DNA of 64,000 nucleotides from Azospirillum sp. (GCF_035627195.1 NZ_DASPMG010000121.1:2498-66497), one strand, 5' to 3'; counted from the stretch's first letter, positions 36,301 to 45,712 are shown. The notes: generated by a model not told the origin, from the sequence alone. Translations and numbers: made by a program.

Positions 36301-38163
36301 CTATCGCGCTTGCGTGAGGTCGACGGTGCCGGCTTCCGGCTCGCGGTCGCGCACCAGCCAGATGCGCACGGACCGGCGCTTGCCCTTCAGCGCCACCTCG
36401 CCGACCGGCAGCCCGTCGATGGCGTCGTGCAGCGCCCGCCACGTCGGCTCGCCGATGACGATTCGGCAGTGCGGGGTCGACATGACGTCCACCGTCTTGG
36501 CCACGCTCTCCAGCCGAGCCGCCGTGTTGGCGGTGTCGCCCAGCAGCGAGTACTCCATGTGCCGCAACCCGCCCAGGCTGCCCGCCACCAGCGGCCCGGT
36601 GTGGATGCCCACGCGCATGCCGACGGGCGGCAGCCCCTCGGCCTGCCAGCGGCGGTTCAGCTCGGCCAGTTCGCGGCCCATCTGCAGGGCGCAGCGCACC
36701 GCGCGCTCGGCGTCGGCGTCGATCTCCGCCTGGGTGGTGCGGGCGACGGGCACGCCGAACACCGCCAGGATGGCGTCGCCGATGAAGCGCAGCACCACCC
36801 CGTCGTGCGCCGCCACCACGCGCACCATCACGTCCAGGTAGCCTTCCAGCCAGCGGATCAGCGGCTCCGGCTCCAGCGCCTCGCACACGGTGGTGAAGCC
36901 CTCGATGTCGGAGAACAGGACGGTGGCGGTCAGCTGCTGCGGGCGCGGCCGGCCGCCGGCCATGAAGGCGTCGCGCTCGCGCCAGATCTCGTCCGCCACC
37001 GGCTGCGACACGTGGTTGGCGAACAGCCGCATCAGCACGCGGCGGTCGGCGCGCTCCCGCAACGAGAGGTGCGCCGTCATCACCGCGATGCCGCCCAGCC
37101 ACGCCATGGACGGGCTGAGCAGCGGCAGCAGCGGCCCGCCCTGCCCGAACAGCGCCGCCACCCCCGCCCAGTACCCCAGCAGAAGCAGCAGGCAGGCCAG
37201 CGCCAGCAGCCACACCGGCAGCCCGGCCAGCGCCAGCGCCACGCCCGCCGCCCCCAGCGCCAGCACCAGCGCCGCCTCCCCCCAGGCGGGCAGGCGCGGG
37301 TTCGCCCGCCCGTCCAGCAGCTGGGCCAGCACCTGCGCCTGGATCTCCACGCCCGGCGTGGCGCCCTGCACCGCCACCAGCGGCGTGCGGTGGCGGTCGA
37401 CGCCGACCAGCACCGTGCCGATCAGCGCGATGCGCCCGGCCAGCCACTCCTTGGGCAGCATGCCCACCGCCTCCGCCGGGAAGGCGGTGACGGCCGGCGT
37501 GCCGGGGGCGGGGCCGTTGCGCCACGCGATGCGGAAGGGGCGGTCGGGCAGCGCCTCGTCCGGCACGGCGCCGGACGCCTGCGCCAGCGCCACCGGCAGG
37601 CTGGGCGTGCCGCGCGGCCCCCGCGGCACGTGCCAGCGCACGGTGCCGTCCAGCGGGTCCTTGGCAAGGTTGGCGTGGCCGGAGCGCACACCGCCCAGGA
37701 AGCCGTCCAGGTAGCGCCGCTGCTGCTCCGTCAGCGGCGTCTCGGCCAGCGCGGTGACCGCCACGACGGGAATCCTGGCGTTCAGAAGCGCTTGGCGCAG
37801 CTCCTCGTCGCGGGCCGGCAGGGTCGGCTGGTCGAACAGGATGTCGATGCCGACGGCGCGCACGCCAGCCGCCTCCAGCTCGCCGATCAGCCCGGCCAGG
37901 AAGCCGCGGTCGACCGGCGATCGGCAGGCCAGCCCGGCGAAGCTGTCCTCGCCCAGGGTGACCAGCACGACGCCGGGGTGCTGCGGCTCGGCCGGGGCGA
38001 AGTGGGCGATCATCAGGTCGCTGAAGAACTCGTCGGCGGCGCGCAGCGGCGCCAGCAGCCACGGCAGCCCGAAGGCCAGCAGCGCCACGCCCAGCGCCAG
38101 CACCGGCACGAACCACGCTTCCGTCCCCCGCCGCCCCGCCGGGGCACCATCCCGTTTGTCCAT
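36301..38163 (-). CDS. CHASE2-domain class III adenylate/guanylate cyclase
   Basis: CHASE2 motifs (SPVDRG, AVGIDILF, DGTVR, GVEIQA), 3 TM helices, TVLFSDIEGFT, FIGDA, RVGIHTG, GDTANTAARLE. Confidence 0.92.
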   Translation of the reverse strand: MDKRDGAPAGRRGTEAWFVPVLALGVALLAFGLPWLLAPLRAADEFFSDLMIAHFAPAEPQHPGVVLVTLGEDSFAGLACRSPVDRGFLAGLIGELEAAGVRAVGIDILFDQPTLPARDEELRQALLNARIPVVAVTALAETPLTEQQRRYLDGFLGGVRSGHANLAKDPLDGTVRWHVPRGPRGTPSLPVALAQASGAVPDEALPDRPFRIAWRNGPAPGTPAVTAFPAEAVGMLPKEWLAGRIALIGTVLVGVDRHRTPLVAVQGATPGVEIQAQVLAQLLDGRANPRLPAWGEAALVLALGAAGVALALAGLPVWLLALACLLLLLGYWAGVAALFGQGGPLLPLLSPSMAWLGGIAVMTAHLSLRERADRRVLMRLFANHVSQPVADEIWRERDAFMAGGRPRPQQLTATVLFSDIEGFTTVCEALEPEPLIRWLEGYLDVMVRVVAAHDGVVLRFIGDAILAVFGVPVARTTQAEIDADAERAVRCALQMGRELAELNRRWQAEGLPPVGMRVGIHTGPLVAGSLGGLRHMEYSLLGDTANTAARLESVAKTVDVMSTPHCRIVIGEPTWRALHDAIDGLPVGEVALKGKRRSVRIWLVRDREPEAGTVDLTQAR

Positions 38164-38182
38164 GCCCCCTCGGATCCGGAGC

Positions 38183-38268
38183 CGTAGGTTGGGTTGAGCC
38201 ACCGGCGAAAACCCAACGCCTCGCGCCGCAAACACGTTGGGTTTTCGCTGCGCTCAACCCAACCTACG
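38183..38268. repeat. REP-like element family C
   Basis: CGTAGGTTGGGTTGAG...CTCAACCCAACCTACG terminal inverted repeat. Confidence 0.78.
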
Positions 38269-38281
38269 AGCCAGTTTCTTC

Positions 38282-39466
38282 TTACCGCACGCGCAGGAAC
38301 ACCTGCGCCATGACGATCTCGGTGTCGCGCAGCGCGCCCAGCCGGTGGTCGAGCCGCGCCACCGTGTCCTCGCTCAGCGGCTGGAACGCCTCGTTGCGGC
38401 CGGGCAGGTCGCTGCCCAGGTCGCGGTCGGCGGCGAGGCAGCGCACCTCCATGTCGCCGGCCGGTTCGCTGGCGCGCAGCGGCATCGGCATGCGCTCGCC
38501 CGGCATCGACAGCGGCACGCTGCCCTCCACCAGCGAGGAGCTGGAGGTGCTCGGGAAGATCGGGATCAGCTGGCCGCGCGCGTTGCGGACATAGCAGTAG
38601 ACGTGCGCGTCGCGGTTCGTCTGCAGCACCAGCCGCACCGCCTCCCCCGCCTTGTAGGCGGCACTGGTCCCGCGGTCGGTGGAGAGGTAGACGTCCAGCG
38701 GCGCCATGGCGTCGCGCAGCGGCGACAGCAGCGCCGCCGCCTGCTTCTCGCAGCCGGCGCTGGCCAGCTTGACGGCCAGGGCAGCCCCGCGGTCCGTCGC
38801 CGCGTCGACGACGCGCAGCTTCAGCGTGCCCAGCGAACGGCCGTCGGGGCCGGACACCGCCACCTCGCCGCCGTCGCGCACCGCCAGGTCCTTGGGCCAG
38901 GGCGCGGTGCCGGCGGCACCCGTCCAGGTCACCGTCGCCGCCGCACCGCGCGCCGGGTCGCGCAACGATACGGCGGACAGCGCCGGGTCGCGCGGCCGCT
39001 TCAGCATGGGCGGCGCGTCGGCGCGAGCGCAGACGGTGCCGGCGGTGCCGGGATCGACGGCGAAGGCCTGCTCCAGCCCGCGCTCCAGCGGGTTGCCGAC
39101 GGCGCGCGTGGCGCCGAGTTCGCTCTGCATGAAGCGGTCGCCGCTCAGCAGGCTGCCCACGGCGGCGCGCGATGCCGCCTCCGGCATCTTGTCCAGCTGC
39201 CCCTCGTAGGGGCCCTTGACGCGCACCGTGCGGCCGGTGGCGAACAGGAACAGGGCACCCGCCCCGTCCGGCAGCTTCACCATGGCGCCATCCGGCACCA
39301 CCTGCCCCAGCGCGTAGCCGGGTGCCGTGGAGGCCACCACCACCGCCTCGGCGGCCCAGGCGGATGTCGTCATGGCGGAAGCCGTGCTTCCGATCACGAA
39401 CGCCAGGGCCAGGGCGGCGGGCGGCACGCGGGCGTGCCTCGATCGTCGTCGCGAGTGTGTGGACAT
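38282..39466 (-). CDS. Secreted protein with a C-terminal DUF4384-like domain
   Basis: Signal peptide; YKAGEAVRL..QTNRDAHVYCY.....G.LIPIFP, like the C-terminal domain of 41033-42589. Confidence 0.72.
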   Translation of the reverse strand: MSTHSRRRSRHARVPPAALALAFVIGSTASAMTTSAWAAEAVVVASTAPGYALGQVVPDGAMVKLPDGAGALFLFATGRTVRVKGPYEGQLDKMPEAASRAAVGSLLSGDRFMQSELGATRAVGNPLERGLEQAFAVDPGTAGTVCARADAPPMLKRPRDPALSAVSLRDPARGAAATVTWTGAAGTAPWPKDLAVRDGGEVAVSGPDGRSLGTLKLRVVDAATDRGAALAVKLASAGCEKQAAALLSPLRDAMAPLDVYLSTDRGTSAAYKAGEAVRLVLQTNRDAHVYCYVRNARGQLIPIFPSTSSSSLVEGSVPLSMPGERMPMPLRASEPAGDMEVRCLAADRDLGSDLPGRNEAFQPLSEDTVARLDHRLGALRDTEIVMAQVFLRVR

Positions 39467-39529
39467 GGTCTTATCCTCGAAGTGGGTTGTGGTCGCGCCC
39501 CGAGCCTACCGGACCCCGCCCCACCCGGC

Positions 39530-39545
39530 TGTGAGCCGGACCACA
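39530..39545 (-). promoter_or_regulatory. Crp-type box TGTGG-tccggc-TCACA with -10 TAGGCT (39508-39503)
   Basis: -41.5 geometry; upstream of the 39466 gene and the cyclase. Confidence 0.75.
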
Positions 39546-39556
39546 TCCAGCGCCGA

Positions 39557-39910
39557 TCAGTCATGCCCGATCTGGTCACGTGGTGGTGGGTCCTGCGGGG
39601 CGAGCAGGCAGGTGGTGCGCGCCTGCGTCACCAGGGACAGCGTCGGATCGGCTATCCCCGCCCGGCGCAGGCGCAGGGCGTTCATCTGGCTGAGGATGCC
39701 CAGCGACACGACGGCCAGTTCCGACTCGTCGACGATCTTGCGGCCGTCCTGCCAGCACTGGACGCGCACGCGCCCCTGCGGCACGCCCACCTCCACCCCG
39801 CCGGTGGCGGCGCCGACCGGCTTGCCGTTGCCGTTCTTGACCAGCGTGGCATCGGCGGCACCGGCCCATAGGAAGCCGGCGGCGGCGACGAGGAGGCTGA
39901 GCGTGCGCAT
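39557..39910 (-). CDS. Small secreted hypothetical protein
   Basis: Signal peptide; VQCWQDGRKIVDE and TTCLL; GGAG RBS. Confidence 0.65.
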   Translation of the reverse strand: MRTLSLLVAAAGFLWAGAADATLVKNGNGKPVGAATGGVEVGVPQGRVRVQCWQDGRKIVDESELAVVSLGILSQMNALRLRRAGIADPTLSLVTQARTTCLLAPQDPPPRDQIGHD

Positions 39911-39933
39911 GGCGGTCTCCTTCCCCCGGGCGG

Positions 39934-40749
39934 TCAGCGGGCCGGCTTGAATTCGACGCGCCGGTTGCGGCCGTCGTTCGGATCGGCGGAGATCGGCTGG
40001 CTCTCGCCCCGGCCGGCGACGGTGATGCGCTGCGGCTGCACGCCGTGCACGCGCACCAGGTACTCGCCCACCGACACGGCGCGGCGTTCGGACAGCGCGC
40101 GGTTGTAGCCGTCGCCGCCCACCGCGTCGGTGTGCCCCTCGATGACCAGCGACAGCGAGCCGTCCTCCTTCATCAGCCCGCCGACGGCGTCGATGTAGGG
40201 ATAGAACTCGCGCGGCACCTCGGCCGAGTTGAAGGCGAAGTTGATGCGGAAGCCGAAGGCGTTCGCCCCCGCGTCCTCCTGCTGGGCGGGCTCCGCGGCC
40301 GGGGCGGCCGGCACTGCCGCCTGCTGCGGCGCCGGGCGGCTGGCCTTCGGGCGCGGCGCCTGCGGCACCGCGGCGGCCGCCGGCTCGGGTGCGGGCTGGT
40401 ACTGCGGCTCCGGTGCCGGCTGGTAGGCGGGCTGCTGGTATTCCGGCTGCTGGTACTGCTGCTGGGGCTGGGCCGCCTGCGGCACGCCGCCGTAGTTGGT
40501 GCGCTCGGTCTGGCGCGGGCGCTGTGCGGCGCTGTTGGCCGCACCGCCGATGATCTCGATGCTGCGGGTGCGGCGCTGCGGCTCGGGCGTCACCACGTCG
40601 CGCAGTTCCTCGACGGTGGGCGGGCGGTCGAACATCATGACCTTGCCGTCGCCCTTGCCTTCCACGGTCTGGGCCAGCGCGGGCAGCGCGCAGAGCAGGG
40701 CGATCGCCGGCAGGGCGAGACGGGTCACGGTAACGGTGCGCTTCGGCAT
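39934..40749 (-). CDS. OmpA-family peptidoglycan-binding protein
   Basis: Signal peptide; INFAFNSA, IEGHTDAVG, YNRALSERRA, GRGES, NRRVEF. Confidence 0.9.
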   Translation of the reverse strand: MPKRTVTVTRLALPAIALLCALPALAQTVEGKGDGKVMMFDRPPTVEELRDVVTPEPQRRTRSIEIIGGAANSAAQRPRQTERTNYGGVPQAAQPQQQYQQPEYQQPAYQPAPEPQYQPAPEPAAAAVPQAPRPKASRPAPQQAAVPAAPAAEPAQQEDAGANAFGFRINFAFNSAEVPREFYPYIDAVGGLMKEDGSLSLVIEGHTDAVGGDGYNRALSERRAVSVGEYLVRVHGVQPQRITVAGRGESQPISADPNDGRNRRVEFKPAR

Positions 40750-40838
40750 GGTCGCCTCCAAAAGGCTGAACGGTTCGGGTGGGGCGCGTCAGGTCGCCCC
40801 GTCGATCACAGTCCTACCCCCACCGCCGCCCCGCGGTC

Positions 40839-40854
40839 TGTGAGCCGGCCCACA
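40839..40854 (-). promoter_or_regulatory. Crp-type box TGTGG-gccggc-TCACA with -10 TAGGAC (40816-40811)
   Basis: 22-nt spacing; upstream of the OmpA gene. Confidence 0.72.
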
Positions 40855-40878
40855 ACCCGGCCGGCTTCACCCCCCAAG

Positions 40879-41016
40879 AGCCCTTCTCCCCTTGAGGGAG
40901 AAGGGTTGGGATGAGGGGTCGTTACGCGCGGCAGCGCGGAAGAAAGACTCTGTTCTCCGGCCGTCCGGCCGTAACCACCCTCACCCCAACCCCTCTCCCC
41001 TCAAGGGAGAGGGGCT
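40879..41016. repeat. REP-like element family B
   Basis: Near-identical to 36022-36154. Confidence 0.8.
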
Positions 41017-41032
41017 TTCAAGCCAATCGGGC

Positions 41033-42589
41033 CTACCGCGCCGCCACCGCGGCCGGCAGCACCTCCACCTGCATCTGCTTGGAGCGCGCGTTGGCGCCGG
41101 GCACGGAGGTGAAGGCGTTCAGCAGCTCCGGCAGGGTGGCGCCGGGGATGGGCTGGAGGTCCTGCGTCTTGTAGCGTTCGGGGATCCGCACGCCGATTTC
41201 GTCCTTGGTCACCACGCAGGCGATGCTCTCGCGCGCGCCCACGCGGTCCATGCGCAGGTTGAAGGGCTTCTGCGTGCCCGGCGGGATCTCCACCTGCCGG
41301 TTGGCCTCGACGAAGGCGTCGGGCTGGAAGCGGTTGGGGTAGATGCGGGCGACGGCGCCCGCCGCGTCCTGGTAGTAGCAGTAGACGAAGCCGTCGGCCG
41401 TCGGCGTCACCCGCGCCACCAGCGCCTCCCCCACCCGATAGCGCGGCTGCGGCCCGCGGTCGGAGGTGAGCACGAGGTCCGGTCCCGCACCCGCCGGGGC
41501 CGGTGCTGCCCGCGGCAGGTCCTCGCCGCCGGCGTTGCTGACGGTCTGCAGCCGCTCGGGCGGCACCTGGCTGCGGCCGGCGGGGGTGCCCAGCATGCGC
41601 TGGTACAGGTCGAAGTCGATGCGGCCGTTGGCGATCAGGTCGTGGTCCGCCTGCCAGCGCGAGATGGCGCTGCGCGTCGCCTCGTCCAGCTGGCCGTTGA
41701 CCGGGCCGTTGTAGTAGCCGTCGGCGGCCAGATTGCGCTGCACGTTGGTCACGCGCTGCTGCCCCGACATGGAATCGAACCAGCCGCGCGCCTCGCTGGC
41801 GAAGGCCGGGTTGGTCTGGTCGATGCCCAGGCACTGCCAGTACGGCGTGCGGGTCAGCTTGCCCAGCACCTCGATGGCGCTCAGCTCGACCAAAGTGCGC
41901 ACCGCCTGGTGCATGCCTTCCGACTTGTTGAAGGCGACGTTGAAGGACAGGCCGGCCTTGCCGACCACGGCCCCCGCGTCCGCCCCCTTGCCCGACGCGA
42001 TGATCGCCAGCGTGTTGCTGGACGACATGCCGGGGATGATCTGCCGCGTGACCAGCTCGCCCACGTTCAGGTCGACGGAGATCATGGAGATCGTCTGGTC
42101 GGCCGAGACGCCGAGGTCGAGCACGGGCAGCGAGATGCCGGCACTCGCCGCCTCGCCCACCACCGCGTCGTCCAGCTGCGTGATGGCGCCGCGGATGTAA
42201 TAGGACGGCGCGCGGAAGTTCGGCTGCACGCCGATCATCCAGTACAGCGCGTTGACGTCGTCCAGCGCCGGCTCGAAATCCACGAAGCGGAACGCGTTGG
42301 AGCGTTCGGACATGCGCGACACCGCGGTGATCAGCATGTCCTTGGTGCCGCCGGCCACGCGCCCGGTGGCGTCCGGCAGGCCGTTGGAGGTGATGTAGAT
42401 GTCGCGCTTGCCGTGCTGCGCCATCAGGTTGTCCATGCAGCGCAGCGCCTCGCTGAAGCTGCTGACCGTGCGCACGGCCGGCGTCTTGGGCTGCTGCACG
42501 ACCGACGCCTTCTCGCCCGACGTGAAGCAGCCGCCCAGCAACAGCGCCAAACCGGCGGCGGCCCAGCCGCAGGGACGAACGAAGGTCAT
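41033..42589 (-). CDS. Lipoprotein: CsgG/HfaB-like domain + peptidoglycan-binding domain + DUF4384
   Basis: Lipobox LLGGC; PDATG, FRFVD, YIRGAITQLD, ISVDLNV...TRQII, AVRTLVE; VQRNL...GYYNGPVNGQL...TRSAISRWQ (PG_binding_1); YRVGE...FVYCYYQD...RIYPN. Confidence 0.75.
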   Translation of the reverse strand: MTFVRPCGWAAAGLALLLGGCFTSGEKASVVQQPKTPAVRTVSSFSEALRCMDNLMAQHGKRDIYITSNGLPDATGRVAGGTKDMLITAVSRMSERSNAFRFVDFEPALDDVNALYWMIGVQPNFRAPSYYIRGAITQLDDAVVGEAASAGISLPVLDLGVSADQTISMISVDLNVGELVTRQIIPGMSSSNTLAIIASGKGADAGAVVGKAGLSFNVAFNKSEGMHQAVRTLVELSAIEVLGKLTRTPYWQCLGIDQTNPAFASEARGWFDSMSGQQRVTNVQRNLAADGYYNGPVNGQLDEATRSAISRWQADHDLIANGRIDFDLYQRMLGTPAGRSQVPPERLQTVSNAGGEDLPRAAPAPAGAGPDLVLTSDRGPQPRYRVGEALVARVTPTADGFVYCYYQDAAGAVARIYPNRFQPDAFVEANRQVEIPPGTQKPFNLRMDRVGARESIACVVTKDEIGVRIPERYKTQDLQPIPGATLPELLNAFTSVPGANARSKQMQVEVLPAAVAAR

Positions 42590-42615
42590 GGGCTTCCTCC
42601 TCTGTCTGCACGATA

Positions 42616-42746
42616 GCCCCTCCCCCCTCGCGGGGGAGGGGTTGGGGAGAGGGGGATCGCCGGCGGCAGCCGGCAGAAGAGTCGTTTCCGGGCATCCGCC
42701 CGTAACCACCCTCTCCCCAACCCCTCTCCCGTCCAGGGAGAGGGGC
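42616..42746. repeat. REP-like element family B
   Basis: Matches 16210 and 45451. Confidence 0.8.
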
Positions 42747-42757
42747 TCCTGGCTGCC

Positions 42758-43369
42758 CTACCGCGACGCCACGTTCGGCACGCTGGTGCGCTGCGGCACC
42801 ACCGTGATGGTGATCTTCTTCGACACGATCGGCGGGTTGTGCGGCACGTGGTCGTGGTCGGCCAGCAGCAGCTGCAGCGTGTGCCGGCCCGGCGGCAGTT
42901 CCAGGTACGTCTCCGTCTGGCCCTTGCCGAAGTGCACGTGGTTCTTGTCGTTGGGGATCGGCTCGTCCAGCGGCGGGATGTCGGTGTCGACCAGCAGGTG
43001 GTGGTGCCCGGTGTTCTCCTTGCGCACGCCGGCCGGCGCCACGCCGAAGTTGCGCAGACCGAACCACACCTTGAACCGGGTGCCCACCACCTCGCCGTTG
43101 TTCGGCCAGCCGATGTAGAGGTGGGCGTCCGGGCGCCCGGGCATGCGCTCCTGCGCCTTGCCGGGCTGCGCCGGCTCCTCCGGGGTGGCGGGGGTGATGG
43201 TCGGGGCCGGCCCCGGCGGCGCCATCTGCGCGTCGGGCGATGCCTGGGCCATCTGGTAATGTTCGGCCGGATCGTGCGCGGACGCGGGAAGTGCCGCAAG
43301 CGCCAGACCGAGGCCGCCCAGCAGCGTGCCCAGCGGCATGCCCCGCAACGTGGATGCCAACAGTCTCAT
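42758..43369 (-). CDS. DUF4399-domain secreted protein
   Basis: GVAPAG, GHHHLLVD, HFGKGQTE, LPPGRHTLQL, HVPHNPP; GGAGG RBS. Confidence 0.85.
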   Translation of the reverse strand: MRLLASTLRGMPLGTLLGGLGLALAALPASAHDPAEHYQMAQASPDAQMAPPGPAPTITPATPEEPAQPGKAQERMPGRPDAHLYIGWPNNGEVVGTRFKVWFGLRNFGVAPAGVRKENTGHHHLLVDTDIPPLDEPIPNDKNHVHFGKGQTETYLELPPGRHTLQLLLADHDHVPHNPPIVSKKITITVVPQRTSVPNVASR

Positions 43370-43404
43370 GATGTCCTCCCTGGACCGTTCAGGCCCTGCG
43401 GCCC

Positions 43405-43827
43405 CTAACGGACCGTTATGGTGACCTTCTCCGACATCACCGGCGGGTTGTGCGGCACGTGGTCCTGGTCGCCCAGCACCATCTGCAGCGTGTGCGTGCC
43501 CGGCGGCAGTTCCAGCCGCACCTCCGTCTGGCCGCCGCCGAAATGCAGGTTGTTCTTGTTGTTGGGGATCGGCTCGTCGAAGTTCTTCAGTTCGGTGTCG
43601 ACGAGCAGGTGGTGGTGCCCGGAGCCTTCCTTGTTCACCCCGGCGGGGGCCACGCCCATGTTCTGCAGCCCCATCCGCACCCACAGTTTTCCACCGTTGA
43701 TGACCGTCCCGTTCTTCGGCCACATGATGTAGGCGCGGGCACCTTCGGGCGCCTTCGCCGGCTCGGCAAGCACGGCTCCCGGCATGAGAAGCGCCGCGCC
43801 GAACACGGCCGCAATGGTCCGCTGCAT
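43405..43827 (-). CDS. DUF4399-domain secreted protein (paralog)
   Basis: GVAPAG, GHHHLLVD, HFGGGQTE, LPPGTHTLQM, HVPHNPP. Confidence 0.87.
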   Translation of the reverse strand: MQRTIAAVFGAALLMPGAVLAEPAKAPEGARAYIMWPKNGTVINGGKLWVRMGLQNMGVAPAGVNKEGSGHHHLLVDTELKNFDEPIPNNKNNLHFGGGQTEVRLELPPGTHTLQMVLGDQDHVPHNPPVMSEKVTITVR

Positions 43828-44045
43828 GGCCTAATCCCCCGATAGTCCTTTCCGGATGGATCATCTTACGCGCCTGCCGGGAGCAGACCGCCCGCCTTTT
43901 CCAGGTTACCCCGTCAAGTCCGGGAAACGGCCCGAATTGGGATCTGCCCGGCGGCGCATACTTCCCCAACGCACAACCCCACGGCACAGGCGACACTATG
44001 CCTTTGGGCCGTTGACGCGGCGCGCGCCGGTGCGATGGTCCCAGC

Positions 44046-45446
44046 ATGTCCGACCGCCACCGGTCCCGCAGCCTGCTCGCCCCCGCGGCGCTGACCGTCG
44101 CCGCCACCTTCGTGGCGGTGCGCCGGCCGTGGCTGGACACGCTGGTCGCCCCGGCGTTCGGCGGCCCGGCGGCGGAAGGGGCGGCGGCGCTGGCGGCGGC
44201 GGTCGCGTGGCTGGCGGCGGCGTGGCTGGGCTCCCGCCTGCTCGACCTCACGCTGAACGGCGGGCGGCGCGCGGTGCCGGTGCCCCGCCTGCTCAGCGAC
44301 CTGCTGCGCGCGTTCCTCTACGGGCTGGCGGTGCTGGCGATCCTCGGCTGGGTGCTGCACCAGCCGGTGGCCGGGCTGGTCGCCACCTCGGGCGTGGTGA
44401 TCGCCGTGCTGGGCTTCGCGCTGCGCAACATGATCGCCGACATCTTCTCCGGCATCGCGCTGAACGTGGAGCACCCCTACCGCATCGGCGACTGGATCGA
44501 GATCGGCCCCGGCATGATCGGCCGGGTGGACGAGATCAACTGGCGCGCCACCCGCCTGATCACCACCGAGGGGACGGCCGTGGTCGTCCCCAACGGCGTG
44601 GCGGCGGGCAGCCGCTTCGTCAACTACAGCCGCCCCGGCCCCGGCTTCCGCACCGCCGTGCCCGTGCTGCTGGACCCGGAGGTGCCGGTGGCGCGCGCCA
44701 AGCGCGTGCTGCTCTCCGCGCTGGTGTGCGCCGACGGCGTGCTGGCCGAGCCGCGCCCGGACGTGCTGGTCGACGCGGTGACGCCCAACGGCGTGTCCTA
44801 TCAGGCGCGGTTCTGGGTGCGCGACTACGCCCACCTCGCCGCCACGCGCGACGCCGTGGGCACGGCCATCGTCGAACACCTCGGCCGCGCCGGCATCGCC
44901 CCGGCGCGGCCGAAGCAGGAGGTGCAGCAACCCCGCGCGCCGGCCGGCGAGGTCCCGCCCGGCGACCTGCTGCGCCGCGCGGCGCTGTTCGCCGCCTTCC
45001 ACGACGACGAGGTGGCGGAACTGGCCGCAGCACTGCGCCGCCACGACCTGCCGGCCGGCACGGCGGCGGTGCACCAGGGCGACCATGGCGCCTCGCTGTT
45101 CCTGGTGGCGGAGGGGGCGCTGGACGTGCGCATGGCGGACGACGGCCGCTCCCTGCTGCTGGACCGCATGCGGCCCGGCGACGTGTTCGGCGAGATGTCG
45201 CTGCTGACCGGCCAGCCGCGCAGCGCCTCGGTGATCGCGCACACCGACGCGGTGGTGTACGAGCTGGACAAGGCGGCGCTCGACCCCGTGCTGCGCCGCC
45301 GCCCAGCGCTGGCCGCACGGCTGGCCGACCTGATGGCGCGCCGCCAGGCCAGCAACGACGCCCAGCGCCAGGCCGTCCCCGCCGACGCCGCCCCCGACGC
45401 GCCCAACGACCTGCTGGCCCGTTTGCGGGCGTTCTTCAAGCTTTGA
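44046..45446 (+). CDS. MscS-family channel with a C-terminal cNMP-binding domain
   Basis: GFAL...DIFSGI..PYRIGDWI...G.V.EINWRAT..VPN; FGEMSLLTGQPRSASV. Confidence 0.9.
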   Translation: MSDRHRSRSLLAPAALTVAATFVAVRRPWLDTLVAPAFGGPAAEGAAALAAAVAWLAAAWLGSRLLDLTLNGGRRAVPVPRLLSDLLRAFLYGLAVLAILGWVLHQPVAGLVATSGVVIAVLGFALRNMIADIFSGIALNVEHPYRIGDWIEIGPGMIGRVDEINWRATRLITTEGTAVVVPNGVAAGSRFVNYSRPGPGFRTAVPVLLDPEVPVARAKRVLLSALVCADGVLAEPRPDVLVDAVTPNGVSYQARFWVRDYAHLAATRDAVGTAIVEHLGRAGIAPARPKQEVQQPRAPAGEVPPGDLLRRAALFAAFHDDEVAELAAALRRHDLPAGTAAVHQGDHGASLFLVAEGALDVRMADDGRSLLLDRMRPGDVFGEMSLLTGQPRSASVIAHTDAVVYELDKAALDPVLRRRPALAARLADLMARRQASNDAQRQAVPADAAPDAPNDLLARLRAFFKL

Positions 45447-45450
45447 CTTG

Positions 45451-45643
45451 AGCCCCTCCCCCCTCGCGGGGGAGGGGTTGGGGAGAGGGGGATTACGCCC
45501 GGCAGGGCGGAAAAAACCCATGTCCCGGCTGCCGCCGGCAATACCCCTCTCCCCAACCCCTCTCCCGCTCTCAGCGGGTCCAAAGGACCCGCCTGTCGCG
45601 GCAGCCGGATCAAAGATCCGGCGAGAGCAGGGGGAGAGGGGCT
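45451..45643. repeat. REP-like element family B with a structured insert at 45567-45628
   Basis: Flanks match 42616-42746; the insert holds two perfect 8-bp hairpins. Confidence 0.75.
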
Positions 45644-45662
45644 TTCGGCAAATCCCACCCCC

Positions 45663-45678
45663 TGTGGCCCACCTCACA
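45663..45678 (+). promoter_or_regulatory. Crp-type box TGTGG-cccacc-TCACA with -10 CACAGT (45701-45706)
   Basis: Same motif and geometry as the other boxes, but followed by a terminator rather than an ORF. Confidence 0.7.
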
Positions 45679-45712
45679 GCATCGCCACCCCCACCCGAGG
45701 CACAGTGTGGGC

